In this document: one piece after another, positions 27,483 through 39,049 of the stretch | How positions within the stretch are numbered: the first letter of the stretch is position 1 | Layout: every line of letters starts with the position of its first letter | NCBI RefSeq assembly: GCF_006345805.1 | Contig: NC_042997.1 | Coordinates: 17,608,001-17,672,000, forward strand | DNA length: 64,000 nucleotides | Direction of reading: 5' to 3' | Source: Octopus sinensis | Lineage: Eukaryota | Notes under the pieces: model-generated | The model's database searches: none | The model's input: the letters and a program-made list of their open reading frames with translations, nothing else | Told to the model about the DNA's origin: nothing | Position numbers and translations under genes: made by a program

Positions 27483-28555
27483 ATCTTTACATATATAAAA
27501 CTGAGAATGTGTGTCTGTCTGTCTGTGTGTTTCCCTAAAACTTGAGAACTTTTTAACTTTTTGCCTAGGGTGAGCCCACAGCAATATCATATCTTCTCCA
27601 CTATGATTCCTTAAAACTTGAGAACTACACAACCAATTTCATTCATATTTTATACATGCCTTACTTAGGGTCCATGTAGTTTCATGGGCAAAAAAAATGT
27701 TCAACTTCTTGCCTAGAGCGAGCCCATAGCAATATCATATCTTCTCCACTATTTCAGTATTACGTGTTAAAAGTGAAACAAAAACATTTCTCAATTTTAT
27801 GTCAGATACTTTCACTTTAACAATAAAAATAATAATAACAATTGAATTATATGTAGTAAGTAATAATTAAAATCAAACTAAAGTATAATATAATCGTAAC
27901 ATACAAAAAAAGTAAAAATAGCAATTGGTATAAAACTGCATCAATGACTTGAATAAGTGGTTTCATATGAATGGGAATAAATAAAAAATAAAATTAGCGT
28001 GCAGAAATGGAATAGTCCAGATGGATAATAAAAAATTAAATTAAAGAAAAGACTATTGTCTATAAAGTATACAATATAGAGAAAAAAGAAGATTTGAACA
28101 CATGGAGGAAAGCACCTATGAAAGATATCTAATCAGAGGCGGTAAATTCGCCACAACAGAAGCAAGGTTCGAGTGAACGGAGCGTGCAAGGGAGTACTCG
28201 ACTCGAACTTGCAAAGGGGAAATATTTTATTTTTACCTTTATATCTGGGACGTAGGACGTCCCGAAAAAAAAATTTTAAATGCCCCCCCCCCCTGAAGTA
28301 GAGGTAGGGTGGATTGTAGCCACACTTCTATACAAGAGGGAGGACAAGATACAATTGATTGAAATTACAAGAGACGGGCTAACAATTCCAGTCTGTTATA
28401 TATTTTGAGTATTGTTATCACTAGCGATATCAAAATATAACTTTGTATTTTGTATTTTATGTGTAGATGTATATATATAGATGTACATGTAATATGTACA
28501 CATATATACATGCACTAGCACTATGACCTGGCAACGACGGGTCTTTAATGCTAGT
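27483..28555 (-). mobile_element. H2 Helentron/HINE-like copy with an internal duplication and an about 350-bp extra segment
   Basis: Reverse complement of 10068-10760. The 3' subterminal block is duplicated (about 27530-27630). 28024-28373 is absent from the other copy. Confidence 0.7.
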
Positions 28556-28559
28556 ATAT

Positions 28560-28617
<58 letters not shown>

Positions 28618-28849
28618 CAAACGAATAAAAACGAAACTATGAAAAGTGAAACTAATTTTAACTGTTACACCGTTAAAAGTGAAACTATTAAAATTGAAAC
28701 TGGATAAAAATGGAACTATTTATAACTGTTACTCTGTCGACGGTTTCACTTTCATTCTTCAAATTTTGAGATAAATACAGAACCAGAGCCAATTATGCAT
28801 TGTTTTAATCCAAAATAATTATATCTCGACACTCCTGATGTCTCATAGT

Positions 28850-29115
28850 ATTACGATGTAAAATTTGATTTGTTTTGGTTGATTCTTATGGTAAAATCTA
28901 TATACTGATAGGGTGGATTTGACTTCACTATAAATGAGAGAGTAGTACTACTGATGAGGTTTAATTTGAAGCTAAATTGGTTTACCAATTGAGTACCCTT
29001 ACTTGCTATGGGGCGGTTAACTTCCATGTCAGTACATAGACTTGTGCTATGTTTGTGGCTATAATGCTCTTTGACACTTATTTTTAGCAATGTAGGTGCT
29101 ACAATGCACCCTCAG

Positions 29116-29120
<5 letters not shown>
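28850..29120 (-). repeat. Unclassified dispersed repeat (second copy at about 34340-34600, + strand)
   Basis: Shared gccacaaacatagcacaagt.tatgtactgaca and cagtatatagattttaccataa blocks; clearly diverged copies. Confidence 0.7.
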
Positions 29121-29170
<50 letters not shown>

Positions 29171-29248
29171 GTGAAAATGAACACACAAGTTGATATATAT
29201 GAAAAAACAAGTCAGAATAGAAAATGCTAAAATAATTTTATAGTGAAC

Positions 29249-29294
29249 ATTTCAGTACCGGTTTCGGTCATTTTGAGACCTTTTCAACTGTAAC
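29249..29294 (-). ncRNA. Type I minimal hammerhead ribozyme, U3:A8 core variant (sense, 3' pLTR)
   Basis: gttacag TTGAAAA ggtc(tcaaaat)gacc GAAA ccgg TA ctgaaat. Confidence 0.75.
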
Positions 29295-29739
29295 GATTAA
29301 ATAATTAAATTTAGAAAAATTAGAAGAAAAGTTTTTTTAAAGGAATATTTCTATAGTAGTGTTCAGATATGAGTGGCATTCTGCCTTTCTCTGACTCCCT
29401 TGTTTGCACTTGTGTGTTCGAGGTCGTTGTGAGTTCTTGGTAGGGTAGAAGAAGAAGAAGGCTGATGAGGAGAGGGAGTGGGAAAATCTGGGAGTGCCCT
29501 GATGGTCGTATTTTGAATGGTCAGTGGCGGCTAGCAGTCGCAGTTCAATTCAGGAGAATATTTCTATTGAAAGGCTTGTTTATGGAATTTGCGTAGGTGT
29601 TATACTAAAAAGCATTAGTGACAAAGTTAAGAGGTAGAAGGTGGAGAAGTAGAAGAAGAAGAAGAAGAAGAAGAAGAAGATGACGATGTTGATGATGTTG
29701 ATGATGAAGAAGAAGAAGAAGAAGGAGAAGGAGAAGATG

Positions 29740-29770
<31 letters not shown>

Positions 29771-29988
29771 CGACGATGATGATGATAATGATGATGATGA
29801 AGAAGAGGAGGAAGAAGAAGAAAAAAACAGAGAAGGGAGAATATGAATGGGTGAAAGTAGTGAGGTGTTGTATGACTTGAAGTTGGCATGTTATGGAGTA
29901 TAGCTGTGATTGGGGCTGATTAGTAATGGATTCTTTGGAATGTAATATTTGTGTGTGTATATTTCTTTTATTCTAAAGTTGAGGTATA

Positions 29989-32300
29989 TTAATTGTTTGT
30001 CGTAGACCCGTTAAGAAGTGGCCTGTATTTTGTAATAAAGAGAGTTTCTTTACTTATTCGTTGTCTCGAGGTTGTATCGTCCCTAAATTGGTAGAGGGGG
30101 AAAATCCTGAAGCTTGGTGTTTTTTTGTTGGCGCAAGTATCTATGTGTTGGCTAAAAGCTATTTTTCTGTTTTGGGGAATTTTTATCTGGGATCTGTGCA
30201 GGGCCATTCGTTTACGCAAACTATTTTTTGTTTGGCCTATGTACTGCTCTTGAAACCTGGAGCAGGTTAGTGAGTATATTAGGTTCTCCGAAGCACATGT
30301 GAAGTTGCTTTTCACTGTAAACCGTTGTCCCTGTTTGAAGGAGAACTCTGATCCCTCAATTAGATAGTCGCATATCCCGCAATTGGGTCTTCCACATTTT
30401 TTTACTGTCGCCTTCTGTGTTGAAGAGTGAATTTGGGCTTGTGTTAGGAGACTTTTCATGGATTTAGGCTGTCTCTTGCTTTTTATGATCGTGTGTGTTT
30501 GGAGGATTGTGTTCATTCTGTGGTCTTTTTTTAGGAGGGGTATGTTGTGGAGGATGGTGCCGAAGGCTTCGTTATTGAGAGGGTTGTGTGTGGAGATGTA
30601 TGGTAAGGCTTTTGGTTGTAAGTTTTTCTTTGATTTGGGATGTCTCAGTTCCTTGATGTTAAGTTGAAGGGCACGTTGAATGCACTTGTCAATAAGTGAA
30701 GGTGGATAGTTCCTGGTGATAAGGGTATCTTTTAGTTCTTGTAGTCGTGTGTCTCTGGTGTTTGCGTTAGAGACTATAGTGCATATCCTTTTTGCTAGAT
30801 TGAAGGGGATATTCATCCTGGTGTGTCTGGGGTGGCATGAATTGAATGGAAGATATTGCTTAGAGTCTGTAGGCTTATAATATATGTCTGTTTCTATTAT
30901 ATTATTAGCTTTCTTAATGAGGATATCGAGGAAGGGGAGTTGTTGCTGGCTATATTCCATCGTGAATTGGATGTTTACGTCCAGTCCGTTTAAAATTTCC
31001 TGGAATTCTATGAGTTTTTCTATTTTTTATGCCAAAGAATGAAACAGTCATCTAGATATCTCTTCCAGTTGTTTTCTATGTAGATGGAGAAAGGGCTGCC
31101 ATATCTTTCTAGAACCTTACGATACAGACTGATCTCTAGATATCCTATGACTAGGTTGGCAAAGGAGGGGGCCATTCGTGTACCCATCGCAGTCCCCGAT
31201 TTTTGTCGGTAGAAGTTGTCATTGAAGGCGAAGAAGTTATTTTCCAGGATGAATTTAACCCCTTCTATCACGAATTCTTTTTTGATGCGGTGTGGTAGTT
31301 CGTTGGCGTGATTCTCTAGCCAGAATTGGATTGCCTCTAGTCCTAGGTTGTGGGGGATATTGGAGTAGAGGTTGACTACATCGAAGGATACCAGTATGGT
31401 GTTTTTTGTTAGTATTCGGTAGGTGATTGAGCATATCTAAGTCGTCCCTTATATAGCTTTTGACATGTTTGAGGAGTGGTTTTAACAGGGTGTCTAAAAA
31501 GTTACTGAGGCGGTGGGTTTCGCATGCGGGACCTGCTATTATGGGTCTCAATTTGAGGTCATTAGGATTAGGGACTTTAATTATTTTGTCTGTAGCTATC
31601 TTGCATGCGTTGCTTATTTTCTCACTTTTGTGGATCTTAGGTATACCGTAGAATTGGCTGGTTTTACTTGTGAAATTGGTCATATAATCATATTCTTTGT
31701 CGGTGAGCCCTGCTTTGTATGAGTTTAACATGGATTTTAGTTCCCTCATTATTTTTTGTTGACTGTAGTTTTGTGCCTTTTCATAGTATGTTGTGTCTTC
31801 CAGCATAGAAAGTACCAAAGTTATGTAAAATGTCGTATCCATTAAGACAACAGCACTCCCTTTATCGGCCTCTTTGATTGTTATTGTTTTATCTTGTTTT
31901 AATTTGTTCAACTCAGCCCATTCTTTTTTGCTGAAGTTTGGTTTGTGTTTTTGTTTGTGCATATGTTGATATGGGTAATTTGATATGTGGTCACAGAAAT
32001 CATCAAGTGTTTTGTTCTTACCTTTCGAGGGGGTGTAGTTACTCCTATTTCTGGCTAACGATTCGTCCTCGTTGTATTTATCGTATAGCTCCTCAGTAAG
32101 TCTTAATTTTCTGCAGAATTCTGCGATGTCTTCTTTCATTTCATTGTAGTTGAGGTGTTGTGGGGTGGGTGTAAACTTGAGTCCTTTGGAAAGTATGTTT
32201 ATTTGGTTTGCTGTTAGTTCCTTGTGAGTTAGATTGATAATTTTTATTACTTTTGGTTCCTCCTGCTTGTTTGGTGCTATCTTGTGTCTCTGTGTTTGCG
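29989..32300 (-). pseudogene. PLE RT/GIY-YIG polyprotein ORF split by two single-base homopolymer frameshifts
   Basis: Track ORFs 31255-32139, 31020-31271 and 29989-30960 join into one frame if one A is removed from the run at about 31402-31407 and one A is added at about 31022-31027. Confidence 0.85.
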
Positions 32301-32809
32301 TATTGGGTCTAAAAAATGAATGCGGTGGTTGGGACGGTAGCTATTATATAGTTGTTCTTTGTTGATGTGGGGTCTCCTGTTGTGATTTATGGTGTGTGTT
32401 CTCCCTTCTCTGTTTTTTTCTTCTTCTTCCTCTTCTTCTTCATCATCATCATTATCATCATCATCGTCGTCATCATCATCATCACCATCATCATCATCTT
32501 CTCCTATATAATAGCTACCGTCCCAACCACCGCTTTCATTTTTTAATGCTTTTTAGTATAACACCTACGCAAATTCCATAAACAAGCCTTTCAATAGAAA
32601 TATTCTCCTGAATTGAACTTCGACTGCTAGCCGCCACTGACCATTCAAAATACGACCATCAGGGCACTCCCAGATTTTCCCACCCCCTCTCCTCATCAGC
32701 CTTCTTCTTCTTCTACCCTACCAAGAACTCACAACGACCTCGAACACACAAGTGCAAACAAGGGAGTCAGAGAAAGGCAGAATGCCACTCATATCTGAAC
32801 ACTACTATA

Positions 32810-32896
32810 CTCTCTTTTACTCTTTTACTTGTTTCAGTCATTTGACTGCGGCCATGCTGGAGCACCGCCTTTAATCGAGCAACTCGACCCCAGACT
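32810..32896 (-). mobile_element. 87-bp 5'-truncated SINE 3' end inserted into the right pLTR arm, TSD TATA
   Basis: Absent from the left arm. Flanked by tata at 32806-32809 and 32897-32900; homologous to the start of 55449-55670. Confidence 0.85.
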
Positions 32897-32956
32897 TATA
32901 GAAATATTCCTTTAAAAAAGTTTTCTTCTAATTTTTCTAAATTTAATTATTTAATC

Positions 32957-33002
32957 GTTACAGTTGAAAAGGTCTCAAAATGACCGAAACCGGTACTGAA
33001 AT
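32957..33002 (+). ncRNA. Type I minimal hammerhead ribozyme, U3:A8 core variant (inverted pLTR copy)
   Basis: Same sequence as 29249-29294 on the opposite strand. Confidence 0.75.
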
Positions 33003-33149
33003 GTTCACTATAAAATTATTTTAACATTTTCTATTCTGACTTGTTTTTTCATATATATATATACATATATATTAGGTACATATGCTCTATATCCTATGTG
33101 TTATGCATTGTATATTCTATATATTATATAACTGCAGGTAGGGATATGT

Positions 33150-33670
33150 GGTTAATATATTTGCATTCCAGCCTCATGGTTTCAGGTTCAATCCTGCTGC
33201 TTTGCATCATGGGTATGTGGCTTCACTAGTAGAGTCTCAGTCTCTTTTCTGTGTGTGTGTGTATGTGAGTATTTTCTTGTCTTGACATCACATGCAGTTA
33301 TATTTGTTTCCAGCCTTTTGTAAAAACATATTTGCCGAAGAGAAAGTGTTACTTTATATTACCCTACTTCAAACAGGTATGGGTTGATGAGAGGAAAAGT
33401 TTCGCAGCTGTAAAAATCTGTCTCAATGAATTCTGTATGATCTAAGCAAGTAATGGAAAAGCAGACATTAAAACAATGATGCTGATGAGGTTACACACAT
33501 ACTATGTCAGAATCTACCATCATCGTTTCAACATCCTTTTCCATGCTTACTTTGGTCAGATGAAATTCATTGAGGCAGATTTTCTAAAGTTGGTATCCAA
33601 TCCCCATCAGCTTCCAAGAGAAGTAATATTTCCCCTTGGCCAAATATATTTCCATGGAAGACTGGAACAA
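33150..33670. mobile_element. Two tail-to-tail SINE copies (about 33150-33480 on +, about 33510-33670 on -)
   Basis: ggtttcaggttcaatcc B-box-like head and (GAT) tail, followed by reverse-complement tail catcatcgtttcaacatccttttccatgc. Confidence 0.55.
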
Positions 33671-34217
33671 ATGTGACTGACGGTATAATGGTGACACACA
33701 CAACTGTCAAAGTGAAGAGAAGGAGAGAAAAACACACACAAATATACACTTACTCTCTCTCTCTCACACACACACATACATGCACATACAGACACACACA
33801 TACACATGGTGCAAAAGTATTGCAAGAAATAATAAAAAAAGTTTGCAGGTATGGGTATAGTAGTAAGAAAAGTATTCATGATACCATAGCAGGCAAGACA
33901 AACTGTGATATATGCATCAGAGGTAATTTAATAACTTAATGATGATTACACTTTACAGCTAAAAGCATTCTTGAATGACAGTTTGTATTACTTGTGAATG
34001 GGTTTATCTATTCCTAAAGGCAATAATGAGCACTAATATTACGGGACTATGTGTTTGTACACATACACACACACACTCATGCATGCACACATATGCCCAT
34101 ATATACATATTATATATGCACATTATATATCTATATATATACACTTGGTGATGCAAACAGGAAAGCAGAACTCAAAGCATGTGTGTGTGTGTATATATAC
34201 AAGTACACATACACACA

Positions 34218-34248
<31 letters not shown>

Positions 34249-35039
34249 TGTATGTATGTGTGTGTGTGTGTGTGTAAAATAATAAAGGTGGCTAGATGGA
34301 ATATATAACCAAAAAGGAAGAATTCAATTGTCACTAATAGTGACTGAGGGTGCATTGTAACACCTACATTACTAGAAATAAGAATTGAAGACACTTAGAG
34401 CCACAAACATAGCACAAGTTTATGTACTGACAGTGGGGTTAACTGCCCAATAACGATTGAGGGTACTAAATTGGCAAGCTAGTTTTGTTTGAAATTAAAG
34501 CCCATCAGTAGTACCCCTCTAATGTTTATAGTTAAGTCAAATCCTACCTGCCAGTATATAGATTTTACCATAAAAATCAATGGCTGATTCAACAAAATGG
34601 TAATGCGAAAATTATAAAATAATAAAGGTGGCTAGATGTAATATAAAGCCAAAAAAGAATTCAATTGTCACTAGTAGTGACTGTGTTTGTATATATATGA
34701 AATGTAACCACATGTAAATTGTGGGCGAATTTTTTTCCCTCTGTCTTCCTTTTCTCTTGGACTTTCCTCTGCCTTCTGTTTCTGAAGAAGAGCTTTGCTC
34801 AAAATGTGAAACCATCTTTCTTTCCTTCCCTGAGCATCTGCTAATACTTTGCGTCCTGACGGTGTTGTTATTTTCTTGTGTTTGTTCTTTATTTTTTAGG
34901 ATTTACTATATATATTATATATATATATCTTTGGAAGAAAGAAAGAAACAGGCAAGACAAGTGGTATCACTTTAGAAAATTGAATTTATAATTCAAGCAT
35001 TGCGGAGATGTTAAGAGTAAATTAGGGATTAAAAAGTTG

Positions 35040-36225
35040 TGCATAAAATCTCTCACAGATGAGTACATGGTGCAAATCCCCTAGAGGATGTTTTGAAAGT
35101 ATTGTTTCTAGAATAAGAATAGGCTGGAAGAAGCTCAGAGAGTTATTACCTCTGTTGGCAACAAAAGAATTTCCTTTCAGAGTGAAAAGTAGACTATATG
35201 ATACTTGTGTGCAAATGGCTATACTCCATGGTAGTGAGACATGGGCTCTGAATGCAGAAGACATGCATAGACTGGGGGAAAATGAAGTATGCTCCATTGG
35301 ATGTGCAACATCAATGCACATGTGAAGCAAAGTGCAAATGTATTGAGAGAAAAGTTGGGCATAAGAGGCATCAAATGAAGCATGCAAAAGAGAAGACTAC
35401 GTTGGTTTGGATATGCATATGAATGAAGACAGCTGTATAAAGATGTTCTGATTACTGAAAGGGGATGGTACCTGTGGAAGAGGGAGACTCAGGAAGACAT
35501 GAGATGAAGTGGTAAGGACAGATCTCAGGATAGTCCTCCAGGCAATAACAGAAGAACTCAAGACAAGTTGCCCCTGGAACTCCTCTATGCTGATGACCTG
35601 GCCCTCATAGCAGAATCACTGCCAGAACTAGAGGAGAAGTTTCAGGTGTGGAATCAAGGATTAGAATCGAAGGGCCTTAGAGTCAATGTTGTAAAGATCA
35701 ATGTTCTAGTAAGTAGGAAGGTGAACACATCACACACCCCTTCAGGTAGGTGGCCCTGCTTGATTTGTAGTAAAGGTGTAGGTAGAAACTCCATAAGATG
35801 TACCCAGTGTAAGCTATGGACACGTAAGAGGTGCCTTGGATCGTAGGGTGACATGCCGTGCTTGAGGAGACCAATTGAGTCAAGTACATCAAAATCAAAT
35901 CAAATCAAAGGGAAATTGTAGTTGTGGTCCCCATACCAGTGGCATGTAAAAAGCACCATCCAAATGTAGCCAATGCCAGCGCTGCCTTGACTAGCACCAT
36001 CTAATCATGGTCGATGCCAGCCCTCTCTGACCTCTGTGCTGGTGGCACATAAAAAGAGCACCCACTACATTTTCAGAGTGGTTGGCGTTAGGATGGGCAT
36101 CCAGCTGTAGAAACACTGCCAGATCAGACTGGAGCCTGGTGCAGCCTCCTGGCTTCTCAGACCCCAGTCAAACTGTCCAACCCATGTCAGCATGGAAAAT
36201 GCACGTTAAACGATGATGATATACA
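35040..36225 (+). mobile_element. Permuted RTEX-like LINE fragments (thumb, then RT5-PHD, then 3' UTR tail)
   Basis: 35040-35530 encodes RIRIGWKKLRELLP..LHGSETW. 35530-35835 encodes LLYADDL..WPCLICSKG..CTQCKLW. 35840-36225 is the 3' UTR with (GAT) tail. Confidence 0.85.
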
Positions 36226-36259
<34 letters not shown>

Positions 36260-36275
<16 letters not shown>

Positions 36276-36783
36276 TATATGTATGTATGTATGTATGTAT
36301 GAGTAAACATGTATACATACATGCATACATACATGTATACACACAAACACATGCAAGCATATATATATATAAGAAACAAGTTAAAAATAATGGAGCAAAT
36401 TTGGCTTATGGTTGTTTCCAGTAACATTATAGGTACATTACTGATAGGTTTACTGAGTTGATCAATAGACCAACTGAGTAAATCTATCAGTAATGTACCT
36501 ATAATGGCTGCTGGAAACAGCTGTAAGCCAAATTTGCTTCAATAAAGGAATATGTAATGAACATTATTTATAACTTGTTTCTTATATATCTGTGTAAAAA
36601 CCAGTTTGTCTGAAGCTGATCTATGGATTTGCAATATAGAATTGTGGTGAATCATAACCTTGGACCCTAACAAAAGATTACCTGGAATTCTTCACTAATC
36701 TATGTAGTATTGTTAGCCGGGTGTGCCAGCAAAGAGATTATGAAGTATTTTGTCCTGATTGATAATCTCTCACTTTTTATATA

Positions 36784-36834
<51 letters not shown>

Positions 36835-37332
36835 TATATGTATGTATGTATGTATGTATGAGTAAACATGTATACATACATGCATACATACATGTATACA
36901 CACAAACACATGCAAGCATATATATATATAAGAAACAAGTTAAAAATAATGGAGCAAATTTGGCTTATGGTTGTTTCCAGTAACATTATAGGTACATTAC
37001 TGATAGGTTTACTGAGTTGATCAATAGACCAACTGAGTAAATCTATCAGTAATGTACCTATAATGGCTGCTGGAAACAGCTGTAAGCCAAATTTGCTTCA
37101 ATAAAGGAATATGTAATGAACATTATTTATAACTTGTTTCTTATATATCTGTGTAAAAACCAGTTTGTCTGAAGCTGATCTATGGATTTGCAATATAGAA
37201 TTGTGGTGAATCATAACCTTGGACCCTAACAAAAGATTACCTGGAATTCTTCACTAATCTATGTAGTATTGTTAGCCGGGTGTGCCAGCAAAGAGATTAT
37301 GAAGTATTTTGTCCTGATTGATAATCTCTCAC

Positions 37333-37340
<8 letters not shown>
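36260..37340. repeat. Exact two-copy tandem duplication (period 559 bp) containing a foldback hairpin
   Basis: Offset of 559 checked at three anchors (36301/36860, 36481/37040, 36661/37220). Hairpin 36365-36589 and its copy. Confidence 0.92.
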
Positions 37341-37380
<40 letters not shown>

Positions 37381-37384
37381 TATA

Positions 37385-37900
37385 TATATATAGGCATTAG
37401 GAAGGGTATCCAGCTGTAGAAACCATGCCAAATCAGATTGGAATTTGGTGCAGCTCACCAGCTTGCCAGTTCTCAGTCAAACGGTCCACCCCATGCCAGC
37501 ATGGAAAATGGACGTTAAATGATATGATATATGTATACATACATACATACGTGTATGTGTGTGAAGGTGCATGGTTCAGTGGGCTGAGTGTCGGGCTCAC
37601 AATCATGAGATACTGAGTTCAATTCCTAGATCAGGCTATGTGCTGTTCTTGAGCAAGAGACTTCATTTCACATTGCTCCAGTTCACACAGCTGTACAAAT
37701 GAGTTGCAACGTCATTGGTGGAAAGCTGTATCAGACTTTGCTTTTCATTTGGATAACATTGGTGGCATGGAAATGGATGCTTGTGTGCATGGGCAACTGC
37801 TAGTCTTCCATAAACAGCCTTGCCTGGGCTTGTGCATTGGAGAACTTTCTAGATACAATCCCAAGGTCATTCATGACTAAAGGGGGTCTTTACCCTATTT
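37385..37900 (+). mobile_element. RTEX tail fragment (37385-37520) followed by a tRNA-headed SINE with a CORE-like central block (37560-37900)
   Basis: gaaggtgcatggttcagtgg...gagttcaattcc head; gttcttgagcaagagacttcatttcacattgctccag central domain. Confidence 0.6.
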
Positions 37901-37914
37901 ACTCTATTTTACAT

Positions 37915-37926
37915 ACACACACACAC

Positions 37927-37957
<31 letters not shown>

Positions 37958-38010
37958 TGTATGTATGTATGTATGTATGTATGTATGTATGTATGTGTAT
38001 ACACACACAT
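37915..38010. repeat. (TATG)n microsatellite
   Basis: Directly visible. Confidence 0.95.
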
Positions 38011-39049
38011 GCATACATATACAATGTTTATCATAGTCCTCCAAGCCATACATATAGGCACATGCACACACACTGCATGTATTCTGATGCTGTATGATAT
38101 TTTCACATACACGAATAGGTTTCAATCATGCATATATGCATGCATTTACACACACACAATGGTATTAAGCTCAATATACCAGACAAGGTAGCAGCTGCAT
38201 GAACAATACTAGTGTTTAAGATCTAGGGGAAAGATGTGATAAGAAAAGAAAAAATACATGCTTAAATGTTATGTATAATTTGTGTGAAAGTAACTTGAAT
38301 ATGGTTCTTGAAGATCACTGTAAAACAAGCATTATAGTGATTGATGAGCAGGCTGTAATAACAAAAGGAATTTGGTGCACTGCCAAACAGTTCATCAACA
38401 AAGGAAGTAAAGTAGCACCTTAAGGAAGTGAAGCAGTACCACCAACAGCTACGACAAGAAGGCTAGACTGGAAATTGGCAAATGGTTTTTGAGGTAGACT
38501 GGATTGGAAATATTCTTGTCTTGAGAGTCACAGCAATTAAAAAACTGAAACTATCATCACAAAAGTTGAAGAGAGTGCTTAATTTTTAAAATTACTTTTT
38601 TCATTATAGGAGCATATATATGTGTAAACTATGTACTATCAATCATTAAGAACTATAAAATATTTCTTTGACAAAATGTTTAAATATCAATTTGACAAAA
38701 TATTATCAAATTAGTATTCAAATTTTGTAGGTACTGTAATTAAAACTGACTGCTAAGTGACAATCAGTTTACATAGATTTTTAAGTGGATTTAATATACT
38801 TCCTTTTGAAAATGTCTTTTCACATATGTAAGTTGTGCCAAATGCTAAAATCAATCCCCAAAGGAAAGATTTTAAAGAAGTATATCCTTCTTATAAGGGG
38901 TAGTATAAAGTCAGGCAGGTTTTTCTTTTGTACTTGTCTTTTAATGTTTAGTGCGTGTCAATAACCACTTGCTGAAGATCTGATGAAAGTTTTCTAACAA
39001 TACTGTCAAATGTAATTGGAAAGACTTAATGTTTATATATTTTCAAGAT

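Larger units (their letters stand above)
29168..33052 (-). mobile_element. Near-intact Penelope-like element (Neptune-type RT + C-terminal GIY-YIG) flanked by inverted pLTRs
   Basis: ORF motifs INLT..LSKGLKFTPTP, ADKGSAVV, FYGIPKIHK, LRPIIAG, GTAMGTRMAPSFANL, RYLDDCF, PFLD, YYKPTD, CGRPNCGIC, IYSLTC..YIGQT..LRKRMALH. Arms 29201-29841 and 32399-33050 are reverse complements; both ends lie in (TA)n. Confidence 0.93.

Noticed and set aside
28620-28720. Cluster of aaagtgaaact IRF/ISRE-like motifs
   Set aside because: Best explained as a degenerate short tandem repeat in AT-rich DNA next to TEs; no target gene is evident.
29462-29490. CTGATGA...GAAA as a further hammerhead
   Set aside because: The intervening purine run cannot form stem II, and no stem III or cleavage triplet follows.
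37560-37640. tRNA gene (also at 10785, 33150 and 50450)
   Set aside because: Only A/B-box-like remnants, continuous with SINE bodies; no complete cloverleaf.
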